Below, piece by piece: positions 1 to 7,644 of a stretch of DNA of 64,000 bases. The notes under the pieces are model-generated. The model was not told where the DNA came from. It saw nothing but the letters and a program-made list of their open reading frames with translations, and searched no databases. How positions within the stretch are numbered: the first letter of the stretch is position 1; each line of letters starts with the position of its first letter. Source of the stretch: Elusimicrobiota bacterium (GTDB lineage Bacteria; Elusimicrobiota; Elusimicrobia; UBA1565; UBA9628); contig JBBQVX010000001.1 of the NCBI GenBank assembly GCA_038211115.1, positions 19,900-83,899 of the forward strand, written 5' to 3'. The translations under genes were made by a program, and so were the position numbers.

Positions 1-2
1 AG

Positions 3-233
3 GAAGCGAAGACTGAGACGTTCGAGAAGTCCCTCGAGTCGCTCGAGGAGCTCGTCCGCGAGCTCGAGGCCGGAGACAAGGGGCTCGACGAGTCCCTGGC
101 GCTGTTCGAAAAGGGCGTGACGCTCTCCAAGGAGCTGTCCAAGCGTCTCGACGAGGCAAAGACGAAGATCGAGTCCTTGTCCAAGGAAGGCGGAAAGCTC
201 GTCAAAAAGCCGTTCGCGGGCGAAGAGGACTAG
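3..233 (+). CDS. xseB: Exodeoxyribonuclease VII small subunit, 5'-truncated by the window edge
   Basis: Frame-3 translation EAKTETFEKSLESLEELVRELEAGDKGLDESLALFEKGVTLSKELSKRLDEAKTKIE... ends at TAG 231-233. It fits the XseB helical pattern FE..L..LE.IV..LE.G...L.ESL..FE.G. It is absent from the ORF track because no start codon lies in the window. Confidence 0.8.
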   Translation, partial: EAKTETFEKSLESLEELVRELEAGDKGLDESLALFEKGVTLSKELSKRLDEAKTKIESLSKEGGKLVKKPFAGEED

Positions 234-1150
234 AGGGCGGCCGCGCCGTCCGTCAACGTCAGCACGGTGATCTCCGACGGGATTGCGAAACGGTGCGCGG
301 GGCCCCAGTAGCCGGTGCCGGGATTCACGTAGACGCGCATGTCCCCGTGGCGGTAGAGGCCGCGCGAGTAGCGATGGAAGAGGCGGATGAAGAGGCTCGC
401 CGGGAAGAACTGCCCGCCGTGGGTGTGGCCCGACAGCTGAAGGTCGAAGCCGGCTCGCGCCGCCGCCGGGACGCCGTCCGGCCGGTGGGCGAGCAGGAGA
501 CTGAAATCGGCTTTCGCGTCCGTAGCGATCGCCCGGCCGACGTCCGGCCGGTGGCCGGGAACGAAATGCCCGCCCGACTCGTCGGGAATCCCGCCCACGA
601 GCAGGCGGGCGCCGCCGCGCGCGACCACGCGGTTCTCGTTGATCAAAGGCGTGAAGCCGAGCTCCTTCGCCTTCTCGATCCACTCCTTGGCGTTCCAGTA
701 GTACTCGTGGTTGCCCGTGACGTAGTAGACGCCGAGCGGCGCCCGCAGGCGCGACAGCGGCTCGACGTGGCGCTTCAAGGCTTCGGTCGTGCCGTCCGCC
801 ATGTCGCCGGTGATCGCGATCAGGTCGGGCTCGAGCGCCATCACGCCCTCGACGATGCGTGCGACCTCGCGACGGCGGATCGTCGGCCCCACGTGCAGGT
901 CGCTGATTTGGACGACCCTCAGCCCGCGCAGGCCCGCGGCGAGTCCGCGCGTCGGGAGGTCGATCCTCTTCACACGCGGCCCGGCGAGTGCCTGGCCGAG
1001 CCCGAGGAGCGCGATGAGCAGCGTCGCGGCGGCGGCGGCCGCGGGAAAAGGATAGGCGATGACGTTCAGCAGGAGGAAGGTGGCCCAGACGCCCATCGCG
1101 ACGCTCGCGGCCCAGGCGAGCGCGCGCGCCCATGACGACTCCGCCGGCAA
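230..1150 (-). CDS. Membrane-anchored metallophosphoesterase (calcineurin-like, YkuE/YaeI type)
   Basis: Motifs ISDLHVG, GDMADG, GNHEYY and GHTHGGQ, with hydrophobic N-terminal helices. The true N-terminus probably extends to 1318 (see finding). Confidence 0.85.
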   Translation of the reverse strand: MPAESSWARALAWAASVAMGVWATFLLLNVIAYPFPAAAAAATLLIALLGLGQALAGPRVKRIDLPTRGLAAGLRGLRVVQISDLHVGPTIRRREVARIVEGVMALEPDLIAITGDMADGTTEALKRHVEPLSRLRAPLGVYYVTGNHEYYWNAKEWIEKAKELGFTPLINENRVVARGGARLLVGGIPDESGGHFVPGHRPDVGRAIATDAKADFSLLLAHRPDGVPAAARAGFDLQLSGHTHGGQFFPASLFIRLFHRYSRGLYRHGDMRVYVNPGTGYWGPAHRFAIPSEITVLTLTDGAAAL

Positions 1151-1314
1151 AGTCCCGCGGCGATACGAGGCCTGCCACCAGACGAAGTACGCGACGAACA
1201 GAAGCGGGACCGAGGCGCCGATGAAGGGATGCGCGGGGAGCAGCGCGGCGGCGCGGAGGCCGGTATAAAGACCGAGGAGGGACAGCAGCCCGAGAATGAC
1301 GGTGAAGCGGTTCT

Positions 1315-2631
1315 TCAGGGCTTCGCCGGCTCGCCGACTAGGTCGTACTCCTCGGCGCCGGTTATCTTGATGTCGGCAAAGTCGCCGATGCGCAGATAAT
1401 TCGCCTCGGCGGGGATCAGGACCTCGTTGTCCACTTCAGGCGAGTCCTGCTCGGTGCGCCCGACGAAATGCCGGCCTTCCTTGCGGTCGATGAGGACCTT
1501 CACGACCTTGCCGATGCGCGACGCGTTGATCGCGAGCGAAATGGGCTGCTGCGCGGCCATGATGGCTTCGGCGCGACGCTTCTTCTCCTTCGCGGACACG
1601 TCGTCGGGCAGCGTGTAGGCGTGCGTGTTCTCCTCGTGCGAGTACTGGAACACACCGAGGCGGTCGAACTTGGTCTTCTGGACCCATTCGATCATCTCCG
1701 CGTGATCCTCCTTCGTTTCGCCGGGGTAGCCCGCGATCAAAGTCGTACGCAGGGCGATCCCGGGCACCTTCTCCCGGATCCTGCCGATGAGCTCGGCGGT
1801 CTTAACCTTCGTCGTGCCGCGGCGCATGGAGGCCAGCATCCGATCGGTGATGTGCTGCAGGGGCATGTCGAGGTATTTGCAGATGTTGGGCCGCTCGGCC
1901 ATGACCTGCAGAACGTCCTCGGGGAACCCGGCCGGGAACGCGTAGTGCAGGCGAATCCAGCCGATGCCGTCGACGTCGGACAGAGCCTTCAGCAGGTCCG
2001 CCAGCCGCCGCTTGCCGTAGAGATCCAGGCCGTAGTACGTCGAATCCTGGGCGATGAGCAGCAGCTCCCTCGTTCCCGCGGCCGCGAGGCGCTTGGCCTC
2101 GGTCACGAGATCCTCGATCGGCGTCGAGACGTGCTTTCCGCGCATCAGCGGGATCGCGCAGAACGAGCACGGGCGGTCGCAGCCCTCGGAGATCTTGAAG
2201 TACGCGTAGTGCCGCGGCGTCGTGATCAGGCGCTCGCCGACGAGCTCGTGCTTATAGTCGGCGTTGAGGGCCTTGAGCAGCCTCGGCAAGTCGCGCGTGC
2301 CGAAGTACGCGTCCACCTCGGGGATGTCCTTCTCGAGATCGTCCTTGTAGCGCTCGGACAGGCAGCCGGTGACGAACAGCTTCTCGATCTCCCCGCGCTT
2401 CTTCGCGGCCGCGTAGTCGAGGATGGTGTCGATCGACTCCTGCTTCGCGTTGTCGATGAAGCCGCAGGAGTTGATGACGACGATCGCCGCGTCGGAGTCG
2501 TCGACGTCGTGGTCGACCTCCATCTTGTTGGCGCGCAACTGGCCCATCAGCACCTCGGAATCGTAGAGATTCTTCGAGCAGCCGAGCGTGATGACCGAGA
2601 CCTTGTTCTTCTTGAGGGTTTTAGTGCGCAT
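1315..2631 (-). CDS. rimO: Ribosomal protein S12 methylthiotransferase RimO (radical SAM plus TRAM)
   Basis: N-terminal VSVITLGCSKNLYDSE, radical SAM CDRPCSFC, and a C-terminal TRAM-like segment VVKVLIDRKEG..VGRT....PEVDNEV. Confidence 0.9.
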   Translation of the reverse strand: MRTKTLKKNKVSVITLGCSKNLYDSEVLMGQLRANKMEVDHDVDDSDAAIVVINSCGFIDNAKQESIDTILDYAAAKKRGEIEKLFVTGCLSERYKDDLEKDIPEVDAYFGTRDLPRLLKALNADYKHELVGERLITTPRHYAYFKISEGCDRPCSFCAIPLMRGKHVSTPIEDLVTEAKRLAAAGTRELLLIAQDSTYYGLDLYGKRRLADLLKALSDVDGIGWIRLHYAFPAGFPEDVLQVMAERPNICKYLDMPLQHITDRMLASMRRGTTKVKTAELIGRIREKVPGIALRTTLIAGYPGETKEDHAEMIEWVQKTKFDRLGVFQYSHEENTHAYTLPDDVSAKEKKRRAEAIMAAQQPISLAINASRIGKVVKVLIDRKEGRHFVGRTEQDSPEVDNEVLIPAEANYLRIGDFADIKITGAEEYDLVGEPAKP

Positions 2632-2667
2632 CAGGAGGGAGGGAAGCGGGCGCTTCCCCGACGAGAC

Positions 2668-2676
2668 ATTATACCA
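2668..2676 (-). promoter_or_regulatory. Extended -10 TGGTATAAT for rimO
   Basis: The reverse complement of 2668-2676 is TGGTATAAT. It lies in the 57-nt gap between the zinc-ribbon gene stop and the rimO ATG. Confidence 0.45.
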
Positions 2677-2688
2677 TTAGGGGCCGTC

Positions 2689-3078
2689 TCAATCGCCCGG
2701 TGCTTCGCCGTACTTGCGGCCCGTCGACGGGGACTTCACCACCGGAAGCGGGCGCAGGTTCCCGGTCTGCGGATCGCGGATCATGACGGTGGGACGCTCG
2801 CGGACCTCTTTTTTCGCCGCGAGGGCGCGCACGGCGACCGCGTGCCGGTAGTACAGACCGAGCGACACGAACCAGAAGGCCACGAAGCCGGCCGCGGCGG
2901 CGCGGGCCTTCCACGGGTTGAGGATCGGGAGAGCCGGCGCCTCCGACGCGACGAGGCCGACCTTCGCCTCGAGCGCGACGCGCTCCTTCTTCGCCATCAG
3001 CTTGGCGAAAATGACGCCGCAGCCCGCGCATTCCGTCGCGCCGGCGCTCGCCTCGATCCCGCAGTTCGCGCATTTCAT
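2689..3078 (-). CDS. Hypothetical zinc-ribbon membrane protein
   Basis: MKCANCG...ECAGCG double CxxC motif followed by a hydrophobic helix AAAAGFVAFWFVSLGLYY. A TATACT box lies 7 nt upstream of the ATG. Confidence 0.6.
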   Translation of the reverse strand: MKCANCGIEASAGATECAGCGVIFAKLMAKKERVALEAKVGLVASEAPALPILNPWKARAAAAGFVAFWFVSLGLYYRHAVAVRALAAKKEVRERPTVMIRDPQTGNLRPLPVVKSPSTGRKYGEAPGD

Positions 3079-3085
3079 CGGTATC

Positions 3086-3091
3086 AGTATA
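3086..3091 (-). promoter_or_regulatory. -10 box TATACT, 7 nt before ATG 3078
   Basis: The reverse complement of 3086-3091 is TATACT, followed by GATACCG and then the ATG. Confidence 0.4.
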
Positions 3092-3145
3092 CAAAAAGAC
3101 GTTATATCGTATACGCTTTCCCGTCTTGTGGCGCTTCGGGACAGG

Positions 3146-3154
3146 TGTTATACT
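3146..3154 (+). promoter_or_regulatory. Extended -10 TGtTATACT, 10 nt before ATG 3165
   Basis: Read directly from the sequence: tgttatact gacgttcgac atg. Confidence 0.4.
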
Positions 3155-3164
3155 GACGTTCGAC

Positions 3165-4118
3165 ATGCCCGGAACGATGACCGACAAAACCGACTGGATC
3201 GAGGTTCCTTTCCGCGTGCTCAAGGAGCACGAAGGGCTGCGCCTCGACGCCTTCCTGGCTTCGCGTCTGGGCAAGAAATATTCGCGCATGGCCGTGCAGA
3301 AGCTCATCGACGACGGCCTCGTCACACGGACCTCGCGCCCGGTCAAGGCGGCGGCGCGCGTCGGGGAAGGCGAGACCGTCCTGATCCGCTATCCGCGCGT
3401 CCAAGAGCCGCCGGTCCCGCACGAAACCATGCCGATCCTCTATCAGGACGAGCGCATCGCGGTGATCTCCAAGCCGGGCGGGACGCTCAGCCATCCGACG
3501 GACAAAGTCCTGCATAACACCGTGACGCACCTGCTCGCGAAGCAACTCGGCCGGAAGGTGTATCTCGCCCACCGCCTCGACCGAGAGACGAGCGGCACGA
3601 TGGTCCTTGCCCTCGACGTCGACGCGGCGCGCTCGCTCTACGAGCAGTTCGTCGCCCACGGCGTGCGCAAGGAGTATCTCGCGGTCGTCTTCGGCGCCGT
3701 CGCGTGGGAGCATACGGTCGTCGACGCGCCCCTCGGCGAGGAAGGCAAGGCGATCCGGGTCCGTCGCGCGGTCGGCGGCGCGAACGGACAGAACGCGATC
3801 ACGGAATTCCGGCGCCTGGCCACGGACGGGCGCCTCTCGCTCGTCGCGGCGACGCCGCGCACCGGCCGCCTCCATCAGATCCGCGCGCATCTCGCGCACC
3901 TCGGCCACCCGCTCGTCGGCGACAAGCTGTACTGCGGCGACGGCGAGGTCTACATGAAGGCCGTACGCAAGGAGGTGTCGCGCGCCGATCTCGACGCGCT
4001 CGGCGCCGACCGCCAGCTGCTGCACGCGTGGCGCCTGTCGTTCAAGCATCCGGGCGACGGCCGCGCCCTCTCATTCGAGGCGCCCGTGCCGGACGATTTC
4101 CCGCTGAGGCCCGCATGA
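3165..4118 (+). CDS. RluA-family 23S rRNA pseudouridine synthase (RluD-like, with S4 domain)
   Basis: Catalytic HRLDRETSGTMVLA, plus HQIRAHLAHLGHPLVGDKLY and an N-terminal S4-like LRLDAFLASRL. I prefer the ATG at 3165 (TGtTATACT box 10 nt upstream) over the track's TTG at 3126. Confidence 0.85.
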   Translation: MPGTMTDKTDWIEVPFRVLKEHEGLRLDAFLASRLGKKYSRMAVQKLIDDGLVTRTSRPVKAAARVGEGETVLIRYPRVQEPPVPHETMPILYQDERIAVISKPGGTLSHPTDKVLHNTVTHLLAKQLGRKVYLAHRLDRETSGTMVLALDVDAARSLYEQFVAHGVRKEYLAVVFGAVAWEHTVVDAPLGEEGKAIRVRRAVGGANGQNAITEFRRLATDGRLSLVAATPRTGRLHQIRAHLAHLGHPLVGDKLYCGDGEVYMKAVRKEVSRADLDALGADRQLLHAWRLSFKHPGDGRALSFEAPVPDDFPLRPA

Positions 4119-5236
4119 AGGGCTACAACCCCGTCATCAAAGACGGCATCGCCTACGTGCAGTTCGCGTACGACGTCGGACTCGCGATCGGCCTCGACGC
4201 CGCCGAAAAGAACGTCGCCACCAACACGGAGCGCGCGCCGATCCGCCACCAGCGCCGCGCGCCGAAGTACTTCGAGTTCCAGCCCTATCCGCTGCGCGTG
4301 ACGCAGACGAGCCCGGCGCAGACGATCGGCGACTGGAAGACTTCGCCGGCCGTCGAAACCGTGGTCTACGATTTCGGCGCGGTCAGCGTGACCTACCAGA
4401 TCCCCCTCTCCGGCCCATTCTCGGCGCTCGCGCGCCTCTCGGAACTTCTCTACGACAACGAGACCTTGCTCGCCGACAGCCGCCGCCTGGTCGAGGAGCT
4501 GGTCAAGACGATCCAACCCTCCGTGAGCCGGCCCCACATCTCCACGTTCTACGAGGACTACGCGATCTTCCAGATTCGCGCGTTCGACGACCACGGCGCG
4601 CACGCGCGGCTGCTCGCGGAGGCGCCGACTTTGGTCGCACAGGTCCTGCGCGCCGATGAGGATCTGCGCTCCGAGCAGGAGGTGCAGGATGCGCTCTCCG
4701 TGCAGGTCTCGTACGGCTCCGACGACCTCACTCTCGTCGACTGGGTCGCCGCGATCATCTTCGACGCGGCCGCCGACGACACGCGCGCGGTCCTCGAGTT
4801 CGCGACGGTCCAGCTCCTCGAATTGCGCCACCTCGACCACCAGCTCGACTCGGCGCTCGAACGCTACTACGACGCGCTGACGCGCAGCCCGAAGGGCCCG
4901 GTCAGCCTATTCACGAAGGCCGACGATGAGCTCCGCGAGATCGGCCAACTCCAGGTCGAGAGCGCGCTCCTGTTCGAGAACATCAATAACGCGATCAAGC
5001 TCCTCGGCGACCAGTATCTCGCGCGCCTCTATCAGCAGGCCGCGCGCCGATATCACCTGACCTCGTGGGACAAGAGCATCCAGCGCAAGCTCAAGACCCT
5101 CGAGAGCATCTACGACAAGATGGACTCCGCGCTGTCCTCGGCGCGCCTCGAGTTCCTCGAGTGGATCGTCATCATCCTGATCGGCCTCGAACTCGTCGTG
5201 CCGTTCCTGGTCCCCTACGTCACCGGCAAGCACTAA
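4115..5236 (+). CDS. DUF155/RMD1-like protein with a C-terminal transmembrane helix
   Basis: In-frame ATG 4115 overlaps the upstream stop (ATGA). VVYDFGAVSVTYQIPL and LLGDQYLARLYQQAARRYHL..W..SIQRKL resemble the DUF155 pattern. The C-terminal helix is WIVIILIGLELVVPFLVPY. The upstream part of track ORF 3704-5236 is an Arg/Pro-rich artefact. Confidence 0.55.
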   Translation: MKGYNPVIKDGIAYVQFAYDVGLAIGLDAAEKNVATNTERAPIRHQRRAPKYFEFQPYPLRVTQTSPAQTIGDWKTSPAVETVVYDFGAVSVTYQIPLSGPFSALARLSELLYDNETLLADSRRLVEELVKTIQPSVSRPHISTFYEDYAIFQIRAFDDHGAHARLLAEAPTLVAQVLRADEDLRSEQEVQDALSVQVSYGSDDLTLVDWVAAIIFDAAADDTRAVLEFATVQLLELRHLDHQLDSALERYYDALTRSPKGPVSLFTKADDELREIGQLQVESALLFENINNAIKLLGDQYLARLYQQAARRYHLTSWDKSIQRKLKTLESIYDKMDSALSSARLEFLEWIVIILIGLELVVPFLVPYVTGKH

Positions 5237-5240
5237 ACGG

Positions 5241-5246
5241 TATAAT
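5241..5246 (+). promoter_or_regulatory. -10 box TATAAT, 9 nt before ATG 5256
   Basis: Read directly from the sequence: ggtataat cagcccctc atg. Confidence 0.4.
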
Positions 5247-5255
5247 CAGCCCCTC

Positions 5256-5855
5256 ATGGCGATCAAGGCCGTTTTCTTCGACATCGGCAACGTGCTGCTG
5301 CGCTTCTCGAACAAGCGCATCCTGCGCAAGTTCGCGTGGGCCGTCGGCCGCCATCCGGTCAAGGTCGCGCGCCACATCTGGAAGGGGCGCATCGTCGATC
5401 GCATCGAGCGCGGCGAGGTGTCGGGAGAGGAAGTGCACGCGCTGTTCGTCAACGACCTCGGCTACAAGGGCGACTTCCAGAAGTTCAAGACGCTGTGGTG
5501 CGAGCAGTTCACGCTCGACCGCGGCTCGTTCGCGATCCTGAAGAACCTCTCGGGCCGGATGCCGACCTACCTGCTCTCGAACACGAACGCCCTGCATATC
5601 GAACACATCCGCGGGCGCTACGCGTTCCCCGGCCTCGTGAAGGGCGCCATCCTCTCCCACGAGCTCGCGCTGCGCAAGCCCCAGCGCGAGATCTACGAAG
5701 CCGCCCTCAAGATGTCCGGAACTTTGCCCGAGGAGACCGTATTCATCGACGACCTCGAGGAGAACTGCGCGGGCGCCCGCAAAGCCGGCCTGCACGCTAT
5801 CCGCTACCGCGGCGCGAAGGATCTGAAGAAGCGGCTCGCGGCGCTGGGGCTCTGA
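5256..5855 (+). CDS. HAD-superfamily hydrolase (subfamily IA)
   Basis: Motif I FFDIGNVL, motif II LLSNTN, motif IV FIDDLEEN. A TATAAT box lies at 5241-5246, 9 nt upstream. Confidence 0.85.
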   Translation: MAIKAVFFDIGNVLLRFSNKRILRKFAWAVGRHPVKVARHIWKGRIVDRIERGEVSGEEVHALFVNDLGYKGDFQKFKTLWCEQFTLDRGSFAILKNLSGRMPTYLLSNTNALHIEHIRGRYAFPGLVKGAILSHELALRKPQREIYEAALKMSGTLPEETVFIDDLEENCAGARKAGLHAIRYRGAKDLKKRLAALGL

Positions 5856-5859
5856 GACG

Positions 5860-5877
5860 ACTGTTTCCGGAAACAGT
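5860..5877. terminator. Perfect 18-nt palindrome hairpin between convergent genes
   Basis: ACTGTTTCC/GGAAACAGT lies between the HAD stop (5855) and the EamA stop (5904). A second hairpin, ACTCGC-N6-GCGAGT, is at 5886-5903. There is no U-tract, so terminator function is uncertain. Confidence 0.3.
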
Positions 5878-5903
5878 TCCCGCGGACTCGCACCGGCGCG
5901 AGT

Positions 5904-6782
5904 TCAGCTCGGCAGGATTTCTTTTTTCCGGCCCTTCAGAAGGTCGAGCTTCGACAATTCGCCCGCCATCATCGCCGCAACGATGAGGCCGCCGCCGGCG
6001 GCGCGCGCGGGCACGAAGGCCTCGCCGCCGAGCGTCCAGGCGAAGAGCGCCGCGAATACGGGCTCGAGAGAGAAGATCAGGCTGACCTTCACCGGCTGCG
6101 TGAACTTCTGCGCCCACATCTGGATGAAGAAGGCCGATAAGGTCGGGACGGCCGCGAGGAACGCGATCGTGCCCGCGGCCTTATCCCCGGTCACCGCGAG
6201 CGGGCGGCCCGAGATCAGGCAGTACCCGAGCGCCATGGCGCCGGTCATCCAGAATTGGTGGAACGCGAGCACGAGGGAGTCCGCGTCGGCGCGCACGAAC
6301 TTGTCGGTGGCGAGCAGGTGGCCCGCGTAAGTGGCGGCCGCGACGAGCGTGATGACGTCGCCGAAGTTGACGGTGGAGACGCCTCCCGTCAGCATCCACA
6401 GCCCGAGCAGCGCGAGGCCGGAGGAGATCCACTGGACGGCGGTCGGGGGCTTGCGGAAGAAGAACAGCAGGAAGACCGGGACGAAAATGACGAACAAGCC
6501 GGTGATGAACCCCGAGTTCGACGCGGAGGTATAACCGAGACCCACGGTCTGCGTCGCATACAGAAGAAACAATAAAACGGCGAGGACGAACGCTTCCTTC
6601 AAATGCTTCTTGCGGGAGGGACGGACGAGCGCCCAGGGGGCCAAAAGCAGCGCGGACAATAAAAACCGGTGCGCGACCATCGCGACCGGATCGACGCCCG
6701 CGAGGGCGTCCTTGACCATGTAGAAGGTCGCGCCCCAGACGGCGGCGCAGTAGACGAGTCCGAAATCAGCCCAGGCGGACAC
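5904..6782 (-). CDS. EamA/DMT-family transporter
   Basis: About 10 hydrophobic helices in a two-fold EamA-like arrangement. GTG start overlaps the upstream gene's 3' end. Confidence 0.8.
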   Translation of the reverse strand: MSAWADFGLVYCAAVWGATFYMVKDALAGVDPVAMVAHRFLLSALLLAPWALVRPSRKKHLKEAFVLAVLLFLLYATQTVGLGYTSASNSGFITGLFVIFVPVFLLFFFRKPPTAVQWISSGLALLGLWMLTGGVSTVNFGDVITLVAAATYAGHLLATDKFVRADADSLVLAFHQFWMTGAMALGYCLISGRPLAVTGDKAAGTIAFLAAVPTLSAFFIQMWAQKFTQPVKVSLIFSLEPVFAALFAWTLGGEAFVPARAAGGGLIVAAMMAGELSKLDLLKGRKKEILPS

Positions 6783-7644
6783 GAGAGGGGCGCAGCGGCG
6801 TGTTCTTCGCGCAGTAAACGAGGTTGACGAAAGTCATCGCCCGCGTCATCGCGCCGATGCGGTTGTCGGACGCGGTCAGGAAGGACGCGACGCCCTCGAG
6901 CGCCTTCGCGTCGACGTTGCCCTGGTAGGAAACGTCAACGACCGTCGCGCCCTGCTTGATCCAAGCGGGGTCGAGCTTGAAGGACGGATCGGGCACGGCG
7001 GTGACGACGATGTCGGCCCGGCGCACCTGATCCTCGAGGAGCGCGCGCGGGGTCTTGTCGTAGCACTTCACGACGGTGGCCCCGAGGTTCTCGAGCATCA
7101 GGCCGAGCGGCTTGCCCACGCGCATCGAGTTGTTGACGACGACGGCGAAGGCGCCCTCGATCCGGATCTCCGGATAGGCCTGCAAGGTCTTCACGACGGC
7201 CTTCGCGGTCGCGGGCACCACGCATTTGACGCCGCGCGCCTCGTCGACGAAGCGCTTGTACTTGAGCAGGTAGCCGAGGTTCGTCGAGTTGAGGCCCTCG
7301 ACGTCCTTTGCCGGCGACACGAGATCCATCACATCCTCGTCCTTGAGCGCGCACTGCAGCGGGTAGAGGAGCATGAGCCCGGAGGCCGTACGGTCGGCGT
7401 TGAGCTTGCGTACGAGGGTGAGCAGCGACTCCTCGTCCTCGGCCTCGTGTCCATCGACGGGAATGCCGAGCCGCGCGGCGTCGCGCAGCATCAGGTCGCG
7501 GTACTGGAGCGAGGCCGGATTCTGCTTCGGGCGGAAAAGGACCGTCGCCAGATGCGGCTTTTTGCGCATCGCGGCGACCTCGCGGCCGACCCAGTCGAAG
7601 TAGCGGGAGGCGGTGCCGCGGCAGTCGAGGAAGCGCGTCGTCAT
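6766..7644 (-). CDS. folD: FolD-family (methylene-THF dehydrogenase/cyclohydrolase fold) protein, divergent
   Basis: KDVEGLNSTNLG, VVPATAKAVVKTL, VVVNNSMRVGKPLGLML, ADIVVTAV, VVDVSY and IGAMTRAMTFVNLV are collinear with FolD. The start is ATG 7644 (ATGA overlap); the longer track ORF to 8229 is an overlap artefact. Confidence 0.7.
   Translation of the reverse strand: MTTRFLDCRGTASRYFDWVGREVAAMRKKPHLATVLFRPKQNPASLQYRDLMLRDAARLGIPVDGHEAEDEESLLTLVRKLNADRTASGLMLLYPLQCALKDEDVMDLVSPAKDVEGLNSTNLGYLLKYKRFVDEARGVKCVVPATAKAVVKTLQAYPEIRIEGAFAVVVNNSMRVGKPLGLMLENLGATVVKCYDKTPRALLEDQVRRADIVVTAVPDPSFKLDPAWIKQGATVVDVSYQGNVDAKALEGVASFLTASDNRIGAMTRAMTFVNLVYCAKNTPLRPSRVRLG

Noticed and set aside
1468-3156. A 562-aa plus-strand ORF covering the rimO region
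   Set aside because: It is antisense to a confidently identified rimO. The translation is Arg/Gly/Ala/Pro/Asp-rich and low-complexity with no motifs. This is the typical open antisense frame of high-GC DNA.
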